Of a stretch of 64,000 nt of DNA, positions 38,501-50,500 are shown piece after piece; position 1 is the first letter of the stretch, and the number at the start of each line of letters is the position of its first letter. This stretch comes from a virus (Duplodnaviria; Caudoviricetes). Made by a program: the position numbers and the translations under genes. The notes under the pieces were generated by a model. It did not search any database, was not told the DNA's origin, and saw only the letters and a list, made by a program, of their open reading frames with translations. Location: the IMG/VR virus record IMGVR_UViG_2932588108_000002, positions 26,603 through 90,602 of that record, one strand, 5' to 3'.

Positions 38501-41500
38501 CCGCGAGGCGCGCATGGCCGCGATCGAGGCCGAGCTGAACCGCCGGGACACCACCCCGGAGGTCGAGCAGCTCCTCGCCCGCGTTGACAACCCCGACTCC
38601 AACGGGCAAATCAGCATCGACGGCGGCAGCGGGTACGGCTACATCGACTACAACCAGACCCTCGGCCGCGACCGTCGAGCGTACGGCTGGACCTGGGGCA
38701 AGAACTCCTGGGGCCACGGCAGCGCGGTCTACCCGTCGCGGGCTGCCGCTCTGGCCGCGATGGTCCGCGCGTACGACCAGGACCCGGACACCCGCGGTGA
38801 GCGCACCTGGGGCCGTGAGCGTCGCGTGTTCGTCCCGAAGATGTTCGTCGAGCTGTACCAGACGGCTCGCCTCGGCGACCGGCTCTCCAACGCATCCGAG
38901 GAACGCCAGTACCTCTTCCACCTGTTCCGGGACCGGTACGGCTGGGACGACGGCGTGAACCCGCTGGTGCCCAGCAACAAGAAGGGCCACCACATCAAGG
39001 GCCGGAACCTGGTCATTCCCGAGGGTCTCCTCGCGGAGCTGCACCGGGTGACGGAAGAACTGTCGCGGGACATGTCCGTGCAGGCCGCGGACCGCGACGC
39101 GGACAAGTCGGACCGGGCGAAGGCCAAGACGCGGCTGGCGTCCATCAACGTGGCTCTGCACGCGATTGAGTCAGCCCGTGAGGCAGTCCGCAAGAATGGC
39201 GGGAACGACGACCAGAAGGTCATCTCCCGCGAGGAGATCGAGGCACAGCAGGCCGCGCTCCGTGCAGCGCTGGGAGGCGACGACGATGAACATGTTCAGC
39301 CCGATGGTCCGGGATCACTGGCGGATGTACCGGCCGCAGGAGTGGGCGGCGATGGACGATCCGGAGGCGTTCGTGGAGACGAAGGCCAGGGAGATCGAGA
39401 GCCGGATTCTGGTCGCGGAGCAGGCGCTGGAGGAGACGGTGCCGGAGCCGGAGGGCTACGACGCGGCGGTCGGCCGGCTCAAGCAGATCAGGGCGGACGC
39501 GACGGCGATGGTTCTGGCGGAGCTTCTGCCCGAGCCGGAGCCGGAGGCGGAGAAGGCGCCCGAGCAGACGCCGATGGAGCAGCACCTGCAGGAGATCAGG
39601 GACGCGATGTACGACGCGTAGCGCGGTTTAGGCCGGACCCGGCCGACGCGCCCAAGGGCGCACGCGCGCGTGCGGCCGCCAACGTCGAGGCCATCAAGGT
39701 CCTCAAGAAGCTGGAGGCCGAGAACCGGCCGGCCACCGACGATGAGAAGCGCATCCTCGCCCGTTGGTCCGGGTGGGGCTCGGTGCCGATCATCTTCGCG
39801 AGCGAGCCGAACGAGAAGGAACCGCGGTACCAGCAGGGCGGCACCCGGTACGGCAAGTTCGCGAAGGACCACGAGCGGTGGTCCGAGTACAGCGACATCC
39901 GCAGCGAGCTGCAGCGCGTTCTGACGCCGGTCGAGTTCCGGCAGGCGTCCCGCGGCGTGCTGTCCATGCACTACACGCCGCAGCCCATCGCCGAGGCGAT
40001 GTGGGATGGCCTGCGCGCGTTCGGGTTCGACCGCGGCGACGTCCTCGAAGCCGGTTCCGGCGCGGGCACGTTCTTCGGTGTCGCACCCGACGGGGCGCGC
40101 CTGACCGGTGTCGAGCTGGACCCCACAACGGCCCGGATCGCTCAGGCGATCTACCCGCACGCCAACGTCCTGAACGAGTCCTTCGCCGAGACCGACGCCC
40201 GGCCGGGCACCTTCGACGCCGCGATCGGCAACGTCCCCTTCGCCCGCGTCCCCTTCGATGACAAGCGCTACCCGGCCGAGAGCCTGCACAACGGGTTCGT
40301 CACCAAGGAGATCGCCCTCGTCCGGCCCGGCGGCATCACCGCCGTCATCACCTCCCGCCAGACGCTCGACTCCAAGGGAGACAAGGCCCGCCGCCAGATG
40401 GCCAAGTACGGCGACCTGGTGGGCGCCGTCCGTCTGCCCTCCGGCGTCTTCAACGACGCCGGCACCGGCGTCACCACCGACGTGCTCGTGTTCCGGCGCC
40501 GTGAGGACGGCACCGAGCCGGCCGACACCTCATGGCTGGACGCCCCCGAGCGGGACATCAACGGCACCCCGCACCACATCAACGCCTACTTCGACGAGCA
40601 CCCCGAGCACATCCTCGGCACGCTGACCACCCAGTCCGGCCCGTACGGACCGGAGGTCACCGTCAAGGGCGACCCGGCCAAGGCAGCCGAACAGCTCCGC
40701 CACGCGCTCGAGGAGATCGCTGAGAAGGCGAAGGCCGACGGCCGCGGCTACGAGCCGCACCCCGACGGCGACAACCGGCCCCCGGTGCACCTGCAGACTG
40801 CGCGGGAGAAGCACGCCAACGACTGGACCGGGCGCCTCTACGAGGGCGACGACGGCCAGTTCTACCAGCACGTCAACGGCGCTGAGCCGGTCCTCATCGA
40901 CCCGGCCGACGGCAACACCGCCCAGCTCCGCGACCTCATGCGGCTTCGCGACGTCGCCGCTGAGCTGCGCGAGCTGGACCGCAAGAACGACGAGGAGGAG
41001 CGCGCCGAAGCCCTCCGCGCCCAGCTCCGCGACCTGCACGCCGCCTACGTCGAGAAGTACGGGCCGCTGTCCAAGCCCGGCCAGCACCGCACGAAGAGCG
41101 GCCGCCCGACAGCGTGGGGCTACTTCCGCGCCGACCCGGACGCCGCGGCCGTCCTCGCCCTAGAACGGTGGGACGCCAAGAACGGCCAGCCGGTCCTCTC
41201 CCGCATCTTCACCGAGCGCGCGGCCGCCCGCCGGCGTCAACTGACGTCGACCGACGACCCGAAGGCGGCTCTGGCCGCGGTCGTCGCCGCGCACGGCGAA
41301 GTGGACCTCGGGGAAGTCGCGCGCCTCCTCGACGTCGACCCGCAGGAGGCGTTGAAGCGCCTCGGCAATGAGGTCTTCACCAACCCGGACACAGGCCGCC
41401 TGGAACTGGCCAGCGGCTACCTGTCCGGTGCCGTCCGCGACAAGCTCGCCACCGCCCGCAAGGCTGCTGAGAAGGACCCGGCGTACGCGGTCAACGTGGC

Positions 41501-44500
41501 TGCGCTGGAGGCGGTACAGCCGCCGGAGCGGACCATCGGCCAGTTCACGCCCGAGATGGGCGCGCACTGGACGCCTCCGGAGCTGCTGCAGGGCTTCCTG
41601 CGGGAGTACCTGGGTGACCGGACCCTGCGCGTTGCGCACGATGACCGGTACGGCTGGGTTCTCAACACCGGCCGCGTGCCCGAGGCCAACAACGTCATGT
41701 ACGGCGTCCCGGCCAACCCGGAGAAGGGCACCAAGGGCAAGTCCGCCGTAGAGATCGCCCGCGCGGTCCTCGGCTTCGGATCGCTGACCGTCTACCACGA
41801 CGACAAGCGCAAGGACGTCGACGAGGCGACCTCACGTCTGATCCGGCAGAAGGCCGACCAGATGCGGGCCGAGTTCGCCAAGTACGCCACGGCGAACGCC
41901 GAGCGGCTGACGGTCCTCACCGAGTCCTACAACCGCATCATGAACGGGCACGTCGTCCGTTCGTACGAGGGCATGTCGCCCACCCTGGAGGGCTTCACGC
42001 CCGACAGGACCCCGCACGGCTGGCAGCTCGCCGGCGCCGCGCGGATGCAGTTCGAGCGGGGCGTGATCCTCGCCCACGAGGTGGGCCTCGGCAAGACCTC
42101 GACGCTCGTCATGGGCACCCAGGCGCTCAAGGCGTCCGGGCAGATCGAAAAGCCCATGGCCGTGGTGCCCAATCACCTGGCGAAGCAGTGGGCGGACGAA
42201 GCGCGGTACCTGTACCCGAACGCCGATATCCACCTGATCACCTCGGCGGACCTGGCCGGTGACCGGCGCTCCAGCACGCTGGAGTGGCTGCGCGCGAACA
42301 AGCCGGACCTGGTCATCTTCACCGAAGAGGCGTTCGGCTCCATCAAGATGAGTCCGGAGGCTCAGGAGGAGTACGAGTTCCGGGAGCTGGAGGCGCTGCG
42401 CGAGCAGCTTGACCGCCAGTACGAGGACGCCGACAACCCCAACCACCCGTTCATCGTCGCGAAGATCGAGCAGCGCATCGCGACGGTCCAGCGGAACATC
42501 AACAAGAACGCCGCGCCCATGCGGAAGCCGGGCGAGACGTACTGGGATGACCTCGGCTTCGACTACTTCGTCGTCGACGAGGCGCACCGCTACAAGGGCG
42601 TGGGCTTCCGCTCTAAGGAGGCCGGCGGCGACCCCGCGTCCATCCGCGGCGTCGACCTGCACCAGAAGACCACCGACCTGCACCGCCGCCGCCAGGGCCG
42701 CGCCACCATCACGCTCGCCACCGGCACGCCGCTGTCCAACAGCATCAGCGAGCAGTTCACCATGCTGCAGTTCGCGGCGCCGTGGGTGCTCGACGCGTAC
42801 AAGGCGGGCGCCCCGGACCTGTGGGCGAACACCTTCGGCCGCAAGACCCTGCGCATCGAGAACGCCCCCGACGGCTCCGGCCTCCGCGTCGTGGAGCGGT
42901 TCTCCGAGTTCCACAACAAGCGCGCCATGAAGACCATGTGGGGCCTGGTCGCGGACACCAAGCGCGCCGACGACGTCGGCATTCCCCGGCCGAAGCTCAA
43001 GGGCAACGCCCCCAACCTGATCATGGTCGAGGCCACGCCCGACCAGAAGCAGCGTCTCAAGGGGCTTGTGGCCCGCGGCCGCGCCATCCACAACGGCGAG
43101 CCTCAGCAGATCCGTAACCGCCAGGGCTCCCTGGTCGACGACAACATGCTCGCGGTGTCCAACGAGGGCACCAGCGTCGCCCTCGACCCGCGGCTCGTCG
43201 ACGCCAACGCTCCTGCGGGTAACAAGCTCAAGGCCGTCGCTGACCGGCACATCGAGCGCTACCACGCCAACAAGGACCGGGTCTACAAGGTCGCGTACGG
43301 CAGCGACGAGGACCACCCCGTCCGCGGCGCCCTCCAGATGGTCTTCCTGAACGAAGGCGTCCCGGACAGCGACAACAAGGGCGGCTTCGACGCCTACGCC
43401 CACCTCAAGCAACTCATGGTTGCTGGGGGCGTCCCCGAGGACAAGATCGCCTTTGTCCAGGATGCCAAGAAGTCCGGCAAGCCCGAGGACATGACAGAGC
43501 TCTTCCGGAAGGCCCGCGAAGGTGAAATCGCGGTCCTCATCGGCTCCAGCGCCGTCGCAGGCACGGGCATGAACGCCCAGGACCGCATGATCTCCCTCAC
43601 GCACGTCGACCTCGACTGGGGCGCCGCGCAGATGGAGCAGCGCAACGGCCGCATCCTGCGCTACGGCAACATGAACCCCGAGGTCGAGATCGACATCTTC
43701 GCGACCAAGGGCTCCATGGACGGCTGGAAGGCCGGATTCGTCGCCGCGAAGGCCGAGGGCCTGGTCGACATCCAGCGGCCCGAGCCGGAAGACGGCGACA
43801 CCAGCGACGTCGTTCAGGAGATCAGCGGCGGCGAGTTCGACTACGAGACCATGGAAGCCGAGATCGGCGGCAACCCCTACATGAGCCAGCTCATGAAGGC
43901 CCGCCGTCGGCTCAAGGACCTCGAGATCGACCAGCACAACGAGGCCGCCGAGCGTATCCGCCGCGCCGAAGCCCTCGATGAGCTGCGCCAGGAGGCCCAG
44001 GCCACCCGCGACGGCCTCGAACGCCGCGAGCGGGCCCTGCCCCGCATCCAAGAGGCCGGCGACCGCTTCACCATGACCATCGGCGGCTCCTCGTACGGCG
44101 AGCGCTCCGACGCTGGCAAGGCCCTGCACCGCGAGGTGACCGCCCGGCTCCTCGACCACAACCGCGAGGGCATGAGTCCCTGGCACATCATCGGCCAGTT
44201 CCGCGGCCTTGACTTCGGCGTGCGTACGGAGAAGCGGGAGGACGGCAAGCTCGTCGCACACGTCGGCTTCCCGGACCTCCGGAACTCCGACTTCGAGCGC
44301 ACGGTCGACGACCTGTCCAAGAAGGGCGCCGGGTCGGGCATGATCACCCGCCTCGGCAACGCCCTCGACAAGGCACCCGCCCTGCAGGAGTCCGACCGGG
44401 CCAAGGTCCCCGAGCTGGACGAGCAAATCGCCCTGCTCCAGTCCGCGCACGCCGCCGCAGACCTCACCCCGCAGATCGACCACGCGCGCGCACGGGCCAA

Positions 44501-47500
44501 CCTGCTCGAGGAGATCGTCGCCCGCATCACCGACCTCGACGCCAAGCCCGAGATCGACCCCAACGAACTCGACAAGAAGCGGTACAAGAAGCACGACCGC
44601 GAGATGATCGCGAAGGAGCGGCGCGAGGAGCGGGCACCGCTGCAGGCCGCGATCGACGAGGCCGTAGCGAACCTCCAGCGCTGGGACGAGCAGAACCCGG
44701 AACCGGAGAGGGACGACACCGTTCACCTCTCCGAGGACGAGGTACGCGACACCCTCGCGCGCCTGGCCCCCAACCCACCGGCGCACGACGCCTCTCAGGC
44801 CGACGACGGTGACGGCAACTCCACCGACACACCGGACGTCGAGGAGACAAACACCGCGGCGCCCGACAACGCCAGCGGTACAGGCGACGAGGGGCATTCG
44901 GCCGATACGCCGAGCACGGGCGACCTCCGCGACGAGAACGGCGACCAGGAGCAGGACGACACCGTTCGTCTCACTCAGGACGAGGTGGCCGACACCCTCG
45001 CCAGCATCCAGCCTGACGCCGACACGGAGAGCCAGGACACCGCGGACGCGGAGGAGCCCGGCGAACCGCTCAAGTACGCGTGGGACAAGCCCGAAGACTT
45101 CGTCACGCTCACCTTGCCGGCGGCACTCGTCGACTTCCTCAACGTCGAAGAGACCGCCGCCATGGAGGACCCGGACACCCGGAAGGCGCTCAAGGAGGCC
45201 AAGCCGGGCCGTAAGGGCACGCTCAAGGTGACGGGCCCCATCGAGGTGCACCGCGCACTCCTGGAGTGGGCGTGGGCGCTGGAAGGCGGCGAGGGCCTGG
45301 AGTCGGACCCGTCCGAGGTGCGCGCCTACCGCGCCTACCGCAAGGCCATCGACGAGGCCGGGGTCGAGCTGCGCCGCCGCCGCGCGGAGCGGGAGAGCAG
45401 CGACGGCGACTCCGCTGACGCCACCCCGGACGTCGACGTGCCGGACATCGAGGAGACGAACACCCCGGACGCTGCCAGCGCGGGCGACGGAGGCGACGAC
45501 GAGCCGCCAGCCGACACCCCGAGCACCGGCGACCTCGGCGACGACAGCAACGACGACCAGGGCGGCGACCAGAGCGAAGCTGACGACCAGGAGAGCACCG
45601 ACACCGTCACCCTGACCCCCGATGAGGTCAGCGACCAGCTCGACGCCGTACGGCCCGAAGGGTCGAAGGCTCCCTCGTCGATGGACGACGGGGAGATACG
45701 CGACGAGATCGTGGACCTGATGGGACGCGAGATGGCCAACGGCGGGGAACTGTCCGGCGTCGACCGCACCCGCCTGCAGGTCCTCGAAGCGGAAGAGGCC
45801 CGCCGCGCCGGCCGTGCGCCGAAGCCGGAGCCCAAGCCCAAGCAGCCCACGGAGGAGCCTGGCGGCCTCTTCGACGTCGACGAGCCGACCACCCGGCAGG
45901 CGGACAGCACCGCGGACCCGGACAACCCCGAGGACCAGCCTGACGACCTGTTCGGCACGCCGGACATGATCGCCGACCACGAGGGCCGCGATACCAGCGG
46001 TCTGCGCCCGGCGCGCATGCGGAACGCGTCCGACCTGGAGCCGGGCGACCGGTACACCGACGCCGACGGCCGTACGCGCACCGTGGCCGAGCCGCCGGTG
46101 CGTACTGGCCGCGGCCAAACCCGCATCGTCACCGACGACGGTGAGGAGCGCTTCTACAACGCCGACGCCCAAGTACGGCTGCGCTACCCGGACGAGGAGA
46201 TCCCCGAGAACGACACGGAGCTGCGTTCCGAGCCGGACGAGCCCCCGGTCGACGAGCCGGAGACCACCGCGGACAGCGGTCGCAGCGACATCAACGACCG
46301 CACCGACCGCATGTCCGACCTGGTGCGCCAGGCCACCGACGAGGCAGGCGGGGACGATCTGCCGGAGATCCGCGACGTCACCGACGCCATGGACCGCGCG
46401 GCGGACTCCGACGCCCCGCACGCCGAGCTCCGCGACGCCGCCGACCGGCTCGACTCCCTCGCCGAGATGTACGAACTGGGTGGCCCCGATGGGGAGCGCG
46501 CGGCCGAGCTGTTCCGCCGCGCCGCCCGGATGGCGCGGGGCGAGGACGACGACAGCAACGACCGCCGCGACGACGAGATCAACCGCGACGAGAACGAGAC
46601 CAACGTCCCGGACAACACCAGCGACAGCGAGGAGGACCAGGAGCAGGACGACGAGGGACGCCGGCAGCGCCGTGACGGCGACCTCGGGGGTGGCGCCGCC
46701 GACCCTGACGGGGGCGGAGCCGACACTCCTGACGCCCCGTCCGACGACGAGGAGAACAGCGACAGCTCCGACGATGAGCCGGACAACGCCGACGACCAGC
46801 AGGACGAGCCGGACGCCGAAGATCCGGACAACGAAGACGAGGAAGACGAACGGAACCGGCGCAGGCGTCGCCGGCGCCGCGGCAACGGTGGCCCCGGCGG
46901 TCCTGGTGGCCTCGGTGGGCCCGGCCTGCCGCACCTGAACCTGCCTGACTTCAACGTGCCGTCCGGCACCGGCGCCGACGGTGGCCACGGCAACGGGCCC
47001 ACTCCGCACGGCCGTGACCGTGACGGCGGCCGCCACCGTGACGTGGACTCCGTTCGCCGAGCCTGGAGGAACGGCGAAGGTCTCACCGCGGCCGAGGACA
47101 CCCCCGAGCGGCGCGCCGCCCTTGCTCAAGCCGCCGAGCGGGAAGGCATGGTTCTCTCCCCGGGCGGTGGGCTGGTGACATGGCCGGAGCCGCAGGACGA
47201 CGGCACCACCCTGTGGCGGTTCGCTCAGGCCCGCAACGGCACCAACCTGCCCGGCCTGACCCTGCGCACCGACAACCCCGAGGAGGCCCGCGCCCTTGCC
47301 GGGCGCTTCGAGGAGATCACTGGCCGCGACGGGCAGCCCTTCGACTGGCACCACCCGTGGGGACCCAGCACCGTACGCCAGTGGCGCGACAACGAGGGCC
47401 GCAACCTGCAGCTCGCCCTCCACGCTGCCCTCGACGACTTCGAGCAGCAGCGCTCCGCCAACACCGAACCGACGACGCGCGCCCTGCCGGACGACCTCAC

Positions 47501-50500
47501 GGAGCTGGACGACGACGCGCTGGTCGCGGCGTGGGGTGACGACCTCACCCCCGAAGACCAGATGCGCCTTATGCAGGAGATGGACCGCCGCGACGGCTAC
47601 ACCGACCAGCGTGTTCGCGACGCCGTCCCGGACACGCCGCCGGCCGACGCCGAAGAGGCGGAGAAGCGTGGCAGGGCCATGGACGAGGCCTTGGGCTTCG
47701 GGGGTACGGACGTCACCCGACCCCGCCGCACCCAAGAGGACATCATCCGCGCGGCGTTCGCCGACTTCGACGAGGCCCGCTACCAGCAAGCCATCGAGGA
47801 GACGAACGGCTACTTCTTCAACCGCAAGCACAAGTACGGCGACAACCGTCCGGACGAGCGCTCGCTGTTCTCTGGCGGCGAGTTGGCCAAGTTCGGGCGC
47901 TGGAGGCAGTACGCCAGTGAGGAGCTGGTCAACTGGTACGACGCCAACGGCGGCCGGATCACCTACAACCAGTTCAAGCTGCAGTACCGCGACAACGACC
48001 GCAGAGACCGGGAAATCTTCGAGGAGGAGCAGCGCCGACAGGCCGAGGAGCAGGGCCAGCAGGCGGACGCCGGGCAGTCCCCCGAGGAGCCCGCCACCGG
48101 GGACACCGAGCCGACGGCCGAAGGTACTGATGTCCCGGACGTGGATGCGGCAACGGGCTCGGACGCTCCGCGGTTCGCCAACGTCGATGAGGTCCGTGAC
48201 CGGTGGCGGCGCGGTGAACTGGATGAGCCGAGCCACCCCTCGGCGGTCCCGGAGGAGCGGTTCCGCGACCGCTACGCGGACAACCCCACGCTCGAGCTGT
48301 CCGAGGGCGGTCACCTGGCCATCCTCGGTGACGACGACCGAGGGGCAAGCTGGGACGTCATGGCGCCCGGGTCGATGGAGCCTGTCGCCCGCGCGTTCAA
48401 CCGCGACGACGCTCGCGCCTACGCCCGCATCCTCGAGGGAGTTCGTGACGAGGACGGGCACCCCTTCCCATGGGATGCTCCGGACGCGGCGGAGCGGGCT
48501 CGTACGTTCCGCGGCCCCAACGGGGAATCACTTGGCGAAGCCGTCGCCCAGCAGATCATCGACCGTGGCGAAGCCGAGGGCCTGCACAAGTCGTGGCAGG
48601 ACGACGCCCGTCTCTACCTCGACCGCGAACGGCAGTTGGATGAGCACTACGACGCTTGGCGTGCCCAGCAGGAGGCCGACGGGTACACCATCCCCGTCGA
48701 CGTCCGCGACGCTCAGGCCGGCGACGAGATCTCTGCGCTGGATCAGGACACCGATCACCCCGTAAGCCAGCGTGGTCGTCTCACCGGTCCGCTGCGGGCA
48801 AGGCACATGAACCGCACAGGCACCTGGCCGTTTACGAACGGCACGGACTACCGAGCGAGCATCGAAGGCAGGACTCAGGAGATCGACCCGTCCCGTGAGG
48901 AGAACCAGACACGCGAGACGCCGTTCAACTGGTTCTACTTCCGCAACACCCCGGACCGGCCCACGGCCTTCCGCCAGCCGCGCCCTGGCGAGGAAGAGCA
49001 GAACAATCGGGCAGAGACGCCGCAGGCCGAGCCCACCAGCATCCCGGAGCCCGCCGCACGGCCGGAGCCGACCCCGGACCGCGCCCCTGCGGAGCCAGAG
49101 CCTGCGACACCGGACGCCCCGGCCGACGAGCCGAAGGGCGAGCCCGAACCCGTGGGCGGCCAGCCCGCGAACTGGGCCCGGGTCTCGGACCTCGTGCCCG
49201 GCGACATGGTCCGCATGGACGGCAGGACGAGGAACGGGCGCGCCGTCACGCGAGCCGGGTACGTCTTCACGGCCCCGACGCGCGTGGAGGTCACCCGCAA
49301 CGGCCGCACCGTGCAAATGTGGCAGACGTACGTCACGGAGAACCCGGACGGCACCGGCAAGCGCGGCCACGTCTTCACGCCGCTCAACGCCACCGCCGCC
49401 CGCGCCGAAGCCCCGGACGACACCGTGCCCGGCTCCCCGGCCACCGGTGCCCAGGCCGCCATCCAGACCGGCAGCCTGCCCGACACGGTGCCCATGGATC
49501 GCAACGGCCGCGGCCTGTTCCCGGGCAGCACCGTCACCGGCGTTGACGGGCTACGCACCCGGGAAGGAACCGTCACCGGCGCCACCAGCACCACCGTGTC
49601 GGTGCGCTGGGACAACAACGACACTGCCGACGGCCTGTCGCCCAACACCCTCACGGTGACCGGCGGCGACCGCCCCGACGGCTGGACCGCATCCGGGCAG
49701 CGCGTCACTCCCGGGCACATCGTCACCGATACCGACGGTGCACTCCTCGGTCCCGTCGACGAGGTCAACGGCGACCGCGTCACCATCACTACCGCTGGGG
49801 GCACCATCAGCCGCAGCGCCGGAGACCTCCGCGTCGCCGGCGAAGTCCGTGACGACACCAACCCCGCCACCGCCCCGGTGACCGGGATCGACGACCCGAC
49901 GGCCGCGGACCTCAAGGAGGACGACGTCGTAGTCCTGGACCTCGACGGCACCCTCACCACCGTGGCGGTCACCGGCACCCAGCGGGACGGCGACCGGGTC
50001 ACCATCGACTACGCCGACACCACCACAGGCGAGATGGGCCAGATCGACGTGGACGCCACCACGGTCCTCCCGCGGGCCCAGGGCGCCAACGGCCACGCCC
50101 CCGACCTCGGCCCGGAGGACGCCCCGGACACCCCGGACGACCTGACGGTGCACGAGCCGCCGCACCGCGTCGAGCCGGTCACCGGCCCGACCGTCGACCC
50201 GGAGCTGACCACGACCGACCGGGACGTCATCGGTGATCTCGCCGACGCCCCGGACGATGACCCGGACGCACAGCAGGGCGCCGTGCGTATCACCGCGGAC
50301 CTGCCCGTCACCCCGGAGCAGGCGACCGCGCTCGCCGCACAGCTCCGCGACTCGGCAGACCAGTCGACGCCCGAGGGCCGTGCCGCGCTGCGCGCCGCCG
50401 ATCACCTCGACCGCGCCATTGGCCGCACGCCTCCGGAAGAACTCGGCCGTCCGCGACCGTCCAACGCTTCCCAGGTCGCCGAAGACGACACCATTGCCCT

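Noticed and set aside
46020-46200. ASDLEPGD resembling an intein/Hint block
   Set aside because: No N-terminal Cys/Ser block or C-terminal His-Asn; recurs as an SH3/KOW-like repeat.
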